Origin: Microcoleus sp. | Lineage (GTDB): Bacteria > Cyanobacteriota > Cyanobacteriia > Cyanobacteriales > Microcoleaceae | DNA: 64,000 bases | NCBI GenBank assembly: GCA_052279835.1 | Contig: CP181291.1 | Location: 3,136,001 to 3,200,000, forward strand | Direction: 5' to 3' | Shown: positions 29,499 through 42,700 of the stretch, in pieces | Numbering within the stretch: position 1 is the stretch's first letter | Layout: every line of letters starts with the position of its first letter | Notes under the pieces: generated by a model | Told to the model about the DNA's origin: nothing | Database searches by the model: none | What the model saw: the letters and a program-made list of their open reading frames with translations, nothing else | Program-made: the position numbers and the translations under genes

Positions 29499-30563
29499 AT
29501 GACAACCAGCAACATTGAAGTCGTTTTTAGCTTTGATACCACGGGCAGTATGTACCCATGCTTGACGCAAGTTCGCCGTAAAATTAAAGAAACGGTAACA
29601 AGACTGCTCGATGAAATTCCAGGCATTCGCATAGGAATTATTGCCCACGGAGACTATTGCGATGCTGGCAGCACCTACGTCACTAAACACCTAGATTTGT
29701 CCGGCGATGTCGCCAGGATTTGCAATTTTGTGCAAAATGTAGAGCCTACAGGTGGCGGCGATGCTCCTGAATGTTACGAATTAGTATTACACGAAGCTCA
29801 GTCACTTTCTTGGACTCCAACTAATTCCAAAACCTTGGTACTAATTGGCGACGACATCCCCCACGCACCGGCTCAAACTCCTCAAAAACTTAACTGGCGT
29901 CACGAAGTAGATAAATTAGCACAGATGGGAATAGCCGTTTATGGCATCCAAGCTCTCAACCGTAAGCACGCTACTTTATTCTACAAAGAACTAGCCGAAA
30001 AATCTGGCGGTTTTCACCTCAATCTCGACCAATTTTCCTACATCACAGACCTGTTTTTAGCCGTTTGTTACCAACAGTCATCTAGCGAACAACTACAAGC
30101 CTACGAACAAGAAGTTGTCAGTCAAGGTCGGATGAATCGCGGATTAAACAAAATGTTTGATACCATGCTGAAGCGGGAAGGAGTTGCTGCTTACGAGTCA
30201 GCAGAATTGCGCTCCGTAAAACCAGGGAGATTTCAGATTCTGGAAGTAGACAACGAGATTTCAATCAAAGCATTTGTTCTGGAGAATGGTTTGAGTTTTA
30301 AAACCGGCCGTGGGTTTTATGAATTTACTAAAACAGAAACGATTCAAGGTAAGAAAGAAATTGTGTTGATGGAGCGTTCCACAGGAGATTTGTTTGAAGG
30401 AGAAGCAGCGCGAGAAATGTTAGGTTTACCAATGGGCGAGACAGTTCGCATCAAACCGAGTAATCTAGAAAAGTATGCGGTTTTTGTACAAAGTACCTCT
30501 GCCAATCGCAAACTGATGGGGGGAACTCGTTTCCTTTATGAAGTTGAAGATTGGGATCGTTAA
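29499..30563 (+). CDS. von Willebrand factor A domain protein with an uncharacterised C-terminal domain
   Basis: ATG 29499 after an AGGGAG RBS; MIDAS-like 'FSFDTTGSM', 'GGGDAPECYE', 'LIGDDIPH'; distinct C-terminal ~110 aa. Confidence 0.82.
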   Translation: MTTSNIEVVFSFDTTGSMYPCLTQVRRKIKETVTRLLDEIPGIRIGIIAHGDYCDAGSTYVTKHLDLSGDVARICNFVQNVEPTGGGDAPECYELVLHEAQSLSWTPTNSKTLVLIGDDIPHAPAQTPQKLNWRHEVDKLAQMGIAVYGIQALNRKHATLFYKELAEKSGGFHLNLDQFSYITDLFLAVCYQQSSSEQLQAYEQEVVSQGRMNRGLNKMFDTMLKREGVAAYESAELRSVKPGRFQILEVDNEISIKAFVLENGLSFKTGRGFYEFTKTETIQGKKEIVLMERSTGDLFEGEAAREMLGLPMGETVRIKPSNLEKYAVFVQSTSANRKLMGGTRFLYEVEDWDR

Positions 30564-30588
30564 TCAAGCTTAAATATCCAAACTGTAA

Positions 30589-32889
<2,301 letters not shown>

Positions 32890-32927
32890 ATCCTAGATAA
32901 AACTTAATGTATACCTCTGAACTCTTT

Positions 32928-32955
32928 CTCTGCGCCCTCTGCGCCCTCTGCGGTT
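32928..32955. repeat. short (CTCTGCGCC)-type repeat ending in CTCTGCGGT
   Basis: CTCTGCGCC-CTCTGCGCC-CTCTGCGGTT; a related degenerate copy lies at ~36471-36501. Confidence 0.7.
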
Positions 32956-33035
32956 CAAAAAAGCTCCTTTGACTCCAACGTAAATTTTGCTAAAATTAAT
33001 CTAGTACACTCAATCCAAGCCCAAGGAAATACATT

Positions 33036-33479
33036 ATGTCAGAAATTCCAACAGAACAAACACCAACAAATTTACCAATTCCAGAAACAACCCCACAAAC
33101 AACTACCCAAAGCTCCATTTCTGCGGTGGACAACTTGAAAAATACTTTAGGAAATTTCCTCAATAGTTGGAAATTGAAAGCCGGAGTAGCAGTTGCTGTA
33201 GTCTTGGGAGTGTTCCTATTAACTTTTTACTGGCAGCATATCATCGCAGTGGTAGGTATGAAAAGTTGGTCGGCGCGATCGGGTGCTAAGGCGATCGAAT
33301 GTATGGTAAGAGATACTAATGACGACCAGTATGTCAGTTGCAGTGCCCTCCTAGATCAGCAGATTGTCCCTCTTGAGTGCAGCGCGAGTTTATTCAACAT
33401 CGGTTGTCGAGTCAACTATGGAACTGCGGCACCTAACCTGAGACTGATGAGCCCCAGAGCTGCTACTGGTATCAGATAA
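33036..33479 (+). CDS. hypothetical membrane-anchored protein
   Basis: 147 aa; AAGGAA RBS; one hydrophobic helix followed by a Cys-containing domain (four Cys). Confidence 0.7.
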   Translation: MSEIPTEQTPTNLPIPETTPQTTTQSSISAVDNLKNTLGNFLNSWKLKAGVAVAVVLGVFLLTFYWQHIIAVVGMKSWSARSGAKAIECMVRDTNDDQYVSCSALLDQQIVPLECSASLFNIGCRVNYGTAAPNLRLMSPRAATGIR

Positions 33480-33547
33480 TTGTTGAATGAACAGATTTGT
33501 TACTAAAAAAGGGGACTTACAAAAAAAATGTGGTCGAGAAATATTCA

Positions 33548-34843
33548 CTATTTTCCTTCCCAAATCAAATCTAAACGATCTTGAGATTCTTGTAAGGCTT
33601 TTTTTACTGGTTGTCCTAGCATAGAAGCTTCGATAGCGCGACCTAAATTTTGAGAAATGCGACTATATCCCGCGACAATAGGACGCGAGCCGGCAACGGA
33701 CATTTGATCCACAAAAACTTTAATCACAGGTTTTCGTTTGATAAATTCTTGATAAGCTTGACTCTGCGCTGATTTCATATTAGCGGGTAAAAATCCCGTG
33801 CCAATACTCCATTTGGTTTGAAATTGTTCGCTCAAAGCATACTCCAAAAACTTGAGGGCAGCCTTCTGTCTTTCGGGAGTAGTTTTCATCACAAATAATG
33901 TCCCAGTTCCCGTGACTGTGGCTGGCCGAATATCGCTGGGCACTGGAAAAACCCCATAATCAACATTACTTTTCATAATATATGTCCAAGGGCCAGTAAT
34001 TTGCATCGCGACACGACCAGAAATAAAATCATCTTCTTCATAACCTCTTTCTGGCATTGATAAAGTCGCGGAACCATCTTTTAATAAATCTTGCCAAAAT
34101 TGTATAGCCTTAATCGCCCCCGGATTCATTAAATTAGGGCGATTATTTTCGATTATTTGACCGTTGGCACTTAGTAAAAAGGGAAACCAAGTGAAAGTAG
34201 TCCATTCTCCTTTTCCAAAAGGAATTAACATTCCATACTGTTCTGGTTTCCCATCAGAGTTTTTATCGATAGTTAGTTTTTTCGAGACTTCCCTTAATTC
34301 TTCCCAAGTTTTAGGTAATTCGGTGATTCCGGCTGCTTTAAATAATTTAGGACGGTAAAAAATCCCTATAGAACTGGTAGAGATAGGCACTGACCATGTA
34401 TGACCGTTTAATTGAATTTCTTCGAGAACACGGGGATACAATTCTGACTTCACTGGCAATTTGTCTAACCAATCTTCTAGGGGAACAATGGCATCTAAAT
34501 TAACAAATTGACCTGTCATTTGGGGGTAAAAAGAAAGGATATCCGGTGGAGAGTTACCCACCACAGATGTCAGGATTTTTGGTAATTGTTGGTCTAGTTC
34601 ACCTGCGAAAATAGATTCTACCTGAATGTCAGGATTTTTCTGATTAAATTCTGCGACTAATTTTTGGAATACATCTCGGTTGACAGGAGGGTTAATTCCT
34701 TGCCAGAGGGTTAAGTGAATGACTCCATCATTTTTGTGGCTGACGGTTTGGCATCCTGTAAAAATAAACAAACCTACAGCGAGGATAATCGCGATTAAAG
34801 CACTTTTTTTGGGTGAAGCGATCGCCTTTATGTTCCTAATCAT
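33548..34843 (-). CDS. ABC transporter extracellular solute-binding lipoprotein (sugar-binding family 1)
   Basis: Lipobox 'IFTGC', 'LVAEFNQKNPDIQVES', 'PPDIL', 'PKTWEEL', 'FISGRVAMQITGPW'. Confidence 0.9.
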   Translation of the reverse strand: MIRNIKAIASPKKSALIAIILAVGLFIFTGCQTVSHKNDGVIHLTLWQGINPPVNRDVFQKLVAEFNQKNPDIQVESIFAGELDQQLPKILTSVVGNSPPDILSFYPQMTGQFVNLDAIVPLEDWLDKLPVKSELYPRVLEEIQLNGHTWSVPISTSSIGIFYRPKLFKAAGITELPKTWEELREVSKKLTIDKNSDGKPEQYGMLIPFGKGEWTTFTWFPFLLSANGQIIENNRPNLMNPGAIKAIQFWQDLLKDGSATLSMPERGYEEDDFISGRVAMQITGPWTYIMKSNVDYGVFPVPSDIRPATVTGTGTLFVMKTTPERQKAALKFLEYALSEQFQTKWSIGTGFLPANMKSAQSQAYQEFIKRKPVIKVFVDQMSVAGSRPIVAGYSRISQNLGRAIEASMLGQPVKKALQESQDRLDLIWEGK

Positions 34844-35501
34844 TATTTAAATCAATATTTGCTGTAAAATTCTTACTCACACTGTCTTCCGCTCTGGTGT
34901 AAATATAAGTACGAGGCTGAGAAATTTTTACCGCTTTGAATTTTTTTTCAGCCCTTTCCCATAAATCGGTATCTTCTCCATAGGAAATATTTTGAAACCC
35001 TCTTAATTCAAACAAAACATGACGTTTCAGAAAAAAAGTAGCACCCATAACACACTCTTGAGCATTAATTAGTTTTCCAGGTTGATAATAATCAGCTACA
35101 AAAATATCTCCATCCGTCTCAAAACCACCCGAAATACAATCCACTTCAGGATTAGCTTTCATATACTCCAAACGGGATTCTAAGTGATTGGGCTTATATT
35201 GATCGTCGCTATCAAGAAAAGTAATGTATTCACCGAAAGATGCTTGAATACCCGCATTTCTGGATAATCCCATTTTCCGGTTTTTATGCTTAAAATAGCG
35301 GATATTTTCATGTTTTTCCAGAAAGGGATTAATGATGTCAAATGTATCATCTTGACTGCCATCATCTATAATAAGTAACTCCCAATTTTTAAAAGTTTGA
35401 TTAAGTACGCTCTTAATGCAATCGCTCAAATATTTAGCTCGATTGTAAGTAGGTACAATAATTGATATTTCTGGGATATAAGAAAAACTCAGAGGACTCA
35501 T
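34836..35501 (-). CDS. glycosyltransferase family 2
   Basis: 'ISIIVPTYNR', 'LIIDDGSQD', 'SRNAG', 'ITFLDSDD', 'GEDTDL'; overlaps the start of the solute-binding gene. Confidence 0.9.
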   Translation of the reverse strand: MSPLSFSYIPEISIIVPTYNRAKYLSDCIKSVLNQTFKNWELLIIDDGSQDDTFDIINPFLEKHENIRYFKHKNRKMGLSRNAGIQASFGEYITFLDSDDQYKPNHLESRLEYMKANPEVDCISGGFETDGDIFVADYYQPGKLINAQECVMGATFFLKRHVLFELRGFQNISYGEDTDLWERAEKKFKAVKISQPRTYIYTRAEDSVSKNFTANIDLNND

Positions 35502-35758
35502 AGGTGTAAAAAAATGAGAAATTGTATATTTTGCAAGATGTTTGCAAATGGAAACTTGAAAAATTTAGACTTATTCTATCATATTTCAATCTAAATATCA
35601 AGCAATCATATCAGCAATGTAGCTAGTAATATAAACCCTAGCTACTTTTGCTAATTTAATGGTACATGATTGGATGAAGACCGTGGTCTTAATCAGAGTC
35701 CTACACGATAGTGGGATGATTTATAGCAATTTTGCTGCTCTGCTATCGGGATGTTTAT

Positions 35759-36316
35759 TTAAAAATGTAATCCTTTAATTTCTATGAGTAACAATTCGCT
35801 GCCATCAATCCAATGAAATACCTCCTTTGAAACAACATCATAAGCTTCAAAGTCTTCGATACACCAGGAACTTATGTGCTCTTCATGTGGGTTGTTGAAC
35901 ACTTCTTCTTGTGGCCATAATCCCAAGGGAATATTAATGATAATTTTTTTCCCTTTTTTGATGATTTTTTCAATTAAAGCGACGGCTTCATCTTTAGGTA
36001 GATGTTCAAGAATATCACCAACAATGATTAAATCATAGTTGCTCACATCATCAATAACTTTTTGTGCGTCTCCTATGAAAATCTGGTCATACAAAAACCG
36101 ATGAGTCTCCAGAATATAAGGCTCAAAAATCTCAATGCCATCTATCTTAATACGCCATTCCGATTTGTTATATCTTCCTTGCCCAATTTCCAGATATTCT
36201 CGTAAAAGAAATCCCCATTTACCAAAACCAATACCAATATCTAGTACGGATTTAGGGGAAATGTCCCATATTTTCTCAATTGTTGGAGAAATATGTTTCC
36301 AACTCGATGACGGCAT
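35759..36316 (-). CDS. class I SAM-dependent methyltransferase-like protein
   Basis: Motif I 'SVLDIGIGFGKWG', 'IDGIEIF', 'YDLIIVGDILEHL'. Confidence 0.85.
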   Translation of the reverse strand: MPSSSWKHISPTIEKIWDISPKSVLDIGIGFGKWGFLLREYLEIGQGRYNKSEWRIKIDGIEIFEPYILETHRFLYDQIFIGDAQKVIDDVSNYDLIIVGDILEHLPKDEAVALIEKIIKKGKKIIINIPLGLWPQEEVFNNPHEEHISSWCIEDFEAYDVVSKEVFHWIDGSELLLIEIKGLHF

Positions 36317-36797
36317 ATAATTACCTGCGATGGATTATGTCATCTTAAACCATACCATTTATAGGTAAAAATACAATAGCTGCTCCCGACTTAAATTTCC
36401 ACTGCTGCAATTGCTGTTTTTTGGATAATATCAAATCCTCTCTTCATTAGAATTATTCATCTCTCTGAGCTCTCTCTGTGTTCTCTGCGCTCTCTGCGGT
36501 GAAATCATTCCGATCCCACCGGAAATGATATAACTCGATCGCACATCGCACTCAGCAATCAATGCTAGTGGAAAGTAAGTATACCATAAATCTGGTATAT
36601 CTCACTTATCTGGTTGCGGTGTCAAGTATGTGTTGCTTCCAGAGATACTTATGCTTAAACTACCCTGTTTGTCAAGTACAATTTGTACCAAATTAGATTA
36701 AATTACGGTGATGGCTCTACCCTCCCCTAATTATAAAGTAATTCCAAAAAAATCCCGACTTTTGAGTCTATTTATATCCGATCCTACATCTGTGAAA

Positions 36798-39700
36798 TTA
36801 CCAAGGATTTCCAATCATAGTGAAACTACTCCAATAGTAAGGATGAGAGAAATTGCGGTTTGATTGTTGTAAATTAGGAGGTAAATTTAAAGTGGCATCG
36901 GTTGTGACTAACTGTCGGTTTGTCATCCTAATTTTACCAGCAATCATCGCCTGTTGAGCAAGTTGCAGAGCCTCTGTCTTAATCATCGATCCTCGAAGTT
37001 GGTTGTAAAATTCACTCATCAGCCCCAAAGTGCCTCCATCATCAACATACCACAAACTTCCTAGGGCAGATTTAGCGCCAGATTTAACAGCTAAACCTCC
37101 AAAACCTAACTCTGCTTCCCGATCGCCCAAAGCCGTTCTACAAGCACTTAACACCAACAATTCCACTTGGGGATTGCGCCAATTCAAACTTTCCATGCGA
37201 TCTAGCTGCAATTTATAATTCCACATTTGAATGTAAGAATTGCTGGATTTTCCAGATTGGAATTCAGCATGAGTTGCTAGGTGAACGATCCGAAAGCCTC
37301 CCTGTTTGTGTTGTGACTTGAGATTATCTATAGTGAAAGTCGAATTGAGAAAAGATTGTCCGCTCCACTCACCATTAATTACCTGTAATTCTAATGGTAC
37401 ACTGGGCAATGGTTTTTGCTCAACAAACTCCGATCTACCCATTCCTAATAAGGAAGCACTCCTCACAGATTGATAATCGGTATTGGTATTGCTGAAACTG
37501 GGAATGAGACTAAAATTATATTTTTCAATTAAGAAGCCTTTCCCGTCGTGCAAAGCGGCAAAGGGTAGGCTGCGCAACCCTGGATCTACTGATAGTAACA
37601 GGGTCTGAATGCCTAATTTTGCTAAATCTGGTTCTAGCTGTGAGAACAACCATTTATATAGTTGTTGGGCGGGTTCTAAATAGGTGTTAGTGTTGATTTT
37701 TCTAGGATTAGTAATTTCATCCCGTAGCTGCTTGATGACGGGGAATAAAGCCGATCTGTTGGCTGCGGGTACGCTGTAGCGAATCGGTTGTCCTAGGGGA
37801 GGAACTAAGATGATTTCTAATTGTTCAGAACGGGAAACTAGATAAATAATACCAGACCGCCTACCTGTTTTTTGTTGGATGGTTTGTAAAGTGTTTTGAA
37901 AGTTATTAATTATAACGTTTGGATCTGGGATGTTGGCTGTGACACCCAGATGTTCTAAAAATTCTTGATTTCTAATTGTTTCGATTTCCCAGACAGTTTT
38001 CTGTAGGTTATTTTGTTCAAAAATGCGATCGGGAGAGGGAAGATATCCGAGAACTCCATCTGCATTAGGGTTGACAATTGTTGATGTTTTTGAGTCTTTT
38101 GGAGGTATAACACCGCTGTGGGACAACTGGCTGGTGATACTTGGATCGATGGTTAAAACTCGATCGCCTATACCGCCAGGATTGTCTAAGGGTGAGATTT
38201 TGCGACGTTGAGATTCTTCTGGATTGAGGGTGGAAGATTCTGGTTCGGGTGCGGGTGTGGCTGTGGCTGTGGCTGTCACAGGTGCGATCGGTGTTAGGGG
38301 TGCTTCGACAGATTCTAGGGTTGATGTTACCTGCTGAATTGCCGGCTGGTTGATGACAGTTACCTGTGGATTGACAGGCTGGTTTATGACTGTTTTCTCC
38401 TGATTATCCAGTGGATTTGTGACAGTTATCGGCTGATTTAAAACCGGATTTGTGACGGTTATTAGTGGAGTTTCAGTCGAATTTGTGACAGTTATTAGTG
38501 GAGTTTCAGTCGAATTTGTGACAGTTATCGGTGGAGTTTCAGTCGGATTTGTGACAGTTATTGGTGGAGTTGGAGTTACAAGCGCCGTTGGAGTTGGAGT
38601 GACACTGGGCGTGGGAGTTATCGCGGGCGTGGGAGTTATCGCGGGCGTGGGAGTTATCGCGGGCGTGGGAGTTATCGCGGGCGTGGGAGTGGGAGTGACA
38701 CTAGGAGTCGGAGTTATCGCGGGCGTGGGAGTGGAAGTGACAGTAGGAGTCGGAGTTATCACCGGAGTTGGAGTTTCACTGGGAGTGGGAGTGACACTAG
38801 GAGTGGGAGTTTCACTGGGAGTGGGAGTGGGAGTGGGAGTGATGGTGGCGTCATCAGTATTGAATGCAATATTACCTACATTCTGTGAGCCGGGAAAGGA
38901 CTGTGATTGAATCGTAGATTGTCCAGTTATAATTGCAGCAGCCGTGCCATTGACAGTAGCATCCCCCACCACAAATGGTTGAATTGGGGGGCCACCATCG
39001 CCTCCAGCGTGTCTGATGGTGATATTTCCCCCACCGATGCCACCAGCAGTGGAAATACTAGCAAATCCTGTGGGCGAAAGTAGAGTTGGGAAAGAATCTG
39101 TAGCGCGGAAAAATCCGCCTGTGGAGGAAACAAAAACAGTCCCACCGATGCCGCTAGTGCCGCCTTGGGCATTGATGAAACTAACTTGAATATCGCCGAT
39201 CGGATCTAAGGAAACATTACCACCATTTCCGACTATACCGCTGGCATTGATTTGTCTTGCGGTAATAGAATCTTTGGCCACCACAGTGATATTACCGCCA
39301 ATATTTCCCGATGTGGTTAAATTTTTGACATTGACAGTGCCGTTTGGACTCAAAAGTGCGATCGCCCCGCCATTTCCAGAATTAGAAGCAGTAATATCTC
39401 CCAAAACATTAATATTTCCGGTACTATTTACAGTCAAACTTTGAGCGTTTATTGAGGAATTGGCTGTCACATTACCAGCATTGGCGATCGCCATATTTCC
39501 TAGCTGTCTCGTAGCGCCAACTGGTGCACCGAAAGTGACGCTGCCAGTACCAGCCGCCAGATTTAGCTCGAAACTGCCATTAACACTGTCGATCGCCCCT
39601 CCAAAGGCAATATTGCCACCTCCTGAGCTCAATTTCGCATTTTGGCTTAAGCCCAAAGCGCTGTTAATCGTAATTCCGCCATTATTGGTGGTAACATTAC

Positions 39701-42700
39701 CAGCTAAATTAGTATTGGTTGCCGTAACACTAAAACCAGAAAGTGCTGTGGTTTGTCCGATATTGCCTTGCAATACCACATTACCTTTACCAGCATCAAT
39801 ATTTAAGCGCTGATTTCCATCGATCGCACCTGTGACACTCACATTACCACCACCACTACTGATAGCTACATCCTTACCGACTGTCACATTCCCGTTAATA
39901 GCGATACCCTGATTGGTGGTAGTGATACCACCGTTCAAATTCAACGTGGGAGTATTGAGACTGATGCTGCTGTTGTCATTGGCGGTAATATTGCCATTAA
40001 GGGCGATCGAACCAGTCTTCGTTTGAATATTTACCGGATCGGAAAAAGTGAGATTATTAGGAATAGTAATATTCCCGGTACTATCCGATCGCCCAATAGT
40101 AATCGAACTAAAGCCATTTTGAAGCAAACTCATTTCCGATGCAGTCAAATCCAAAGCGCTAGTATTATTATCAGTCCCACCAACTACTATATTTTGTCCC
40201 ACAGTTGCCGGTTGCAGCGTTAGCACATTAGTACCAGAAACTTTCCCAGAAAAATCAATTTCGCCAGCGGTGAGATTCAGAGGATTATTCCCGGCGGATA
40301 AAGTTGAACCAAAAGCAATCCTGGCATTTCCCACTCCCCAATTCACAGGACCATTTAATGTCACCGGGCCACTAAAATCAATATTATCATTAGTCGTGGT
40401 GATATTTCCCTTCAGCCCCACACTTCCCTGGCCATTTTGAATCAAAGCACCGTCTAAATTGAGATTATTGCCAATATTCACATTCCCGGTATTGCTGAGA
40501 GTTAGCGTACCGTTATTGGTGGTAGTTACATTCTGCAATAAATTAATAGTATCACCGGAAATACCGATATTTCCCGCCACCTTGACTGCTGCATTAGCTG
40601 TGATATTTTTTCCACTTATCTGCAACCCGCTTACAGAACTAGAATTGCCGATCGCCCCAGTGAATGTCACATTACCAGTGCCACCATTTACGGTCAAATT
40701 GCTATTGCCATTTACGGTATCATTGAAAGTAATACTGCTACCTGTTAGAGTCGGATTGTTGGCTATGGTTACGGCATCTCCATAAATCTGACTGGTGGTA
40801 GTTGTGACATTGCCATTGAGTAGAGTTGTGCCACCAGTATTGGTCGTCAGACTATTAGCTGTAACAGCATTAAAGGTAGTTGTACCGGAAGTGTTTGCGG
40901 TGAGATTTCCTAATGCTGTGGAATTGCCGATCGCCCCAGTGAATGTCACATTACCAGTGCCACCATTTACGGTCAAATTGCTATTGCCATTAACTGTATC
41001 ATTGAAAGTAATAGCGCTACCGGTTAGAGTGGGATTGTTGGCTATGGTTACTGCATCTGCATAGGTCTGACTGGTGGTGGTTGTCACATTGCCATTGAGT
41101 AAAGTTGTACCGCCAGTATTCGTGGTCAGACTATTAGCTGTGACAGCATTAAAGGTAGTTGTACCGGAAGTATTGGCGGTGAGATTTCCTAATGGTGTGG
41201 AATTGCCGATCGCCCCGATCGCATCAATCTTTCCCGTACCTGTTTCTAAGGTGAGATTGCCACTGCCGTTAATGTTATTATTAAACAGAATATTCCCGCC
41301 TGCTAAATTGCCTGTTCCCACCAAGACATTATTGCCAACTAGGGCATTGCCGTTAATTGTAATATCTTGAGATTTGGTAGTAATATTGCCATTCAGGTTA
41401 TTAATGGTAGCATTGAGAGTAATGGAAGCATTATCAGTTCCAGAAATTGATTGATTGGGATTTACTAAAATATTGCCTTGAGTATTGAAACTCACAGGAT
41501 CTTGAAAAGATATGGGCAAATTGTCTACAGTAATATTCCCGGTTGTAGTGTTACTGCCGAAAACAATTTTGCTAAAGCCATTACGCAAGGAGGATAAAAA
41601 CTGTGGTCCTAAATCGATCGCCCCTGGATCGTCAGCAAGTCCTTTTTGGAAACGAATGCCGACATTGGGCGCAGACGGCACAATTGACAAAGTACCTTGA
41701 CTCTTGACCGAATCTACTCCTCCCGAAAAGCCCATCTCATTGCCACTAATGGTAATATTTCCAGTACCGGACAATCCCTGGGCATCAATCACATTTACCC
41801 CAACTTGATTGGGAGTTGCGATCGCTATATCTCCGGCAGTACCAGAAGTAGATCTAGAGTTCCAAATTGCACCTGCACTTGCCACAATGTCGCCTGTTTT
41901 GCCGGTGAGGGTGATGTTTCCACCATTGCCAGCAGTGGAACTAGAATTAAGATTACCCCCGTTAATCTTGTTGGCACTGAGTGTAATTGGGCCTCCATTT
42001 CCGGTAGTAGAACTTGTATCGATCGCCCCTGTGGAAGTCGTTGTAATCGTACCATTATTGCTGGTCAAGGCGATCGCCCGTCCGGGATTTGTCGTATCGC
42101 CAGTAGTAATATCACCTGTAGCTGTAATCGCGATGGCGATCGGACTGGTAAGATTACGAGAATTGACTATGTTGAGGGAACCCAAAGGCAGCGTCCCCCC
42201 AAGAGCTCCATTGAGATTAATAATGCCTGTTCCCGTAGTCAAAGTTAGATTGCCGCCACCGTCAACAGTTCCCCCAAAATTAATATTACCGGCATTAGTT
42301 AATCCTGTATTCAGAGCGATATTAGAATTGGTAGCGAGAGAGACTTTGCCACCAAAGATAATATTCTGTTCGTTGGTGATAATATTAGAATTAGCTAAAA
42401 AATTGGTCGTTGGAGCATTAAAGGTAATTGAAGCATTGTTTACACCTGTAATGTTGCCATTGACTGCAATGCTGCCCCCTTGCATGGTGACGGGTAAATT
42501 AAAAGTAACACCAGCGGGCTCAATGGCGATCGCACCAGTACCATCTGTGCGCCCGATAATCATTTGGGAAAACCCATTCAATACCGGAGGTGCTAGTTCC
42601 GCTGCACTCAAATTCAAACGAGCGTCCGCAGTATTACCACCCACACTAATATCTAAACTGGGAGTCAATGGCTGCAACTGGATAGTCCCAGTACCTTTAA

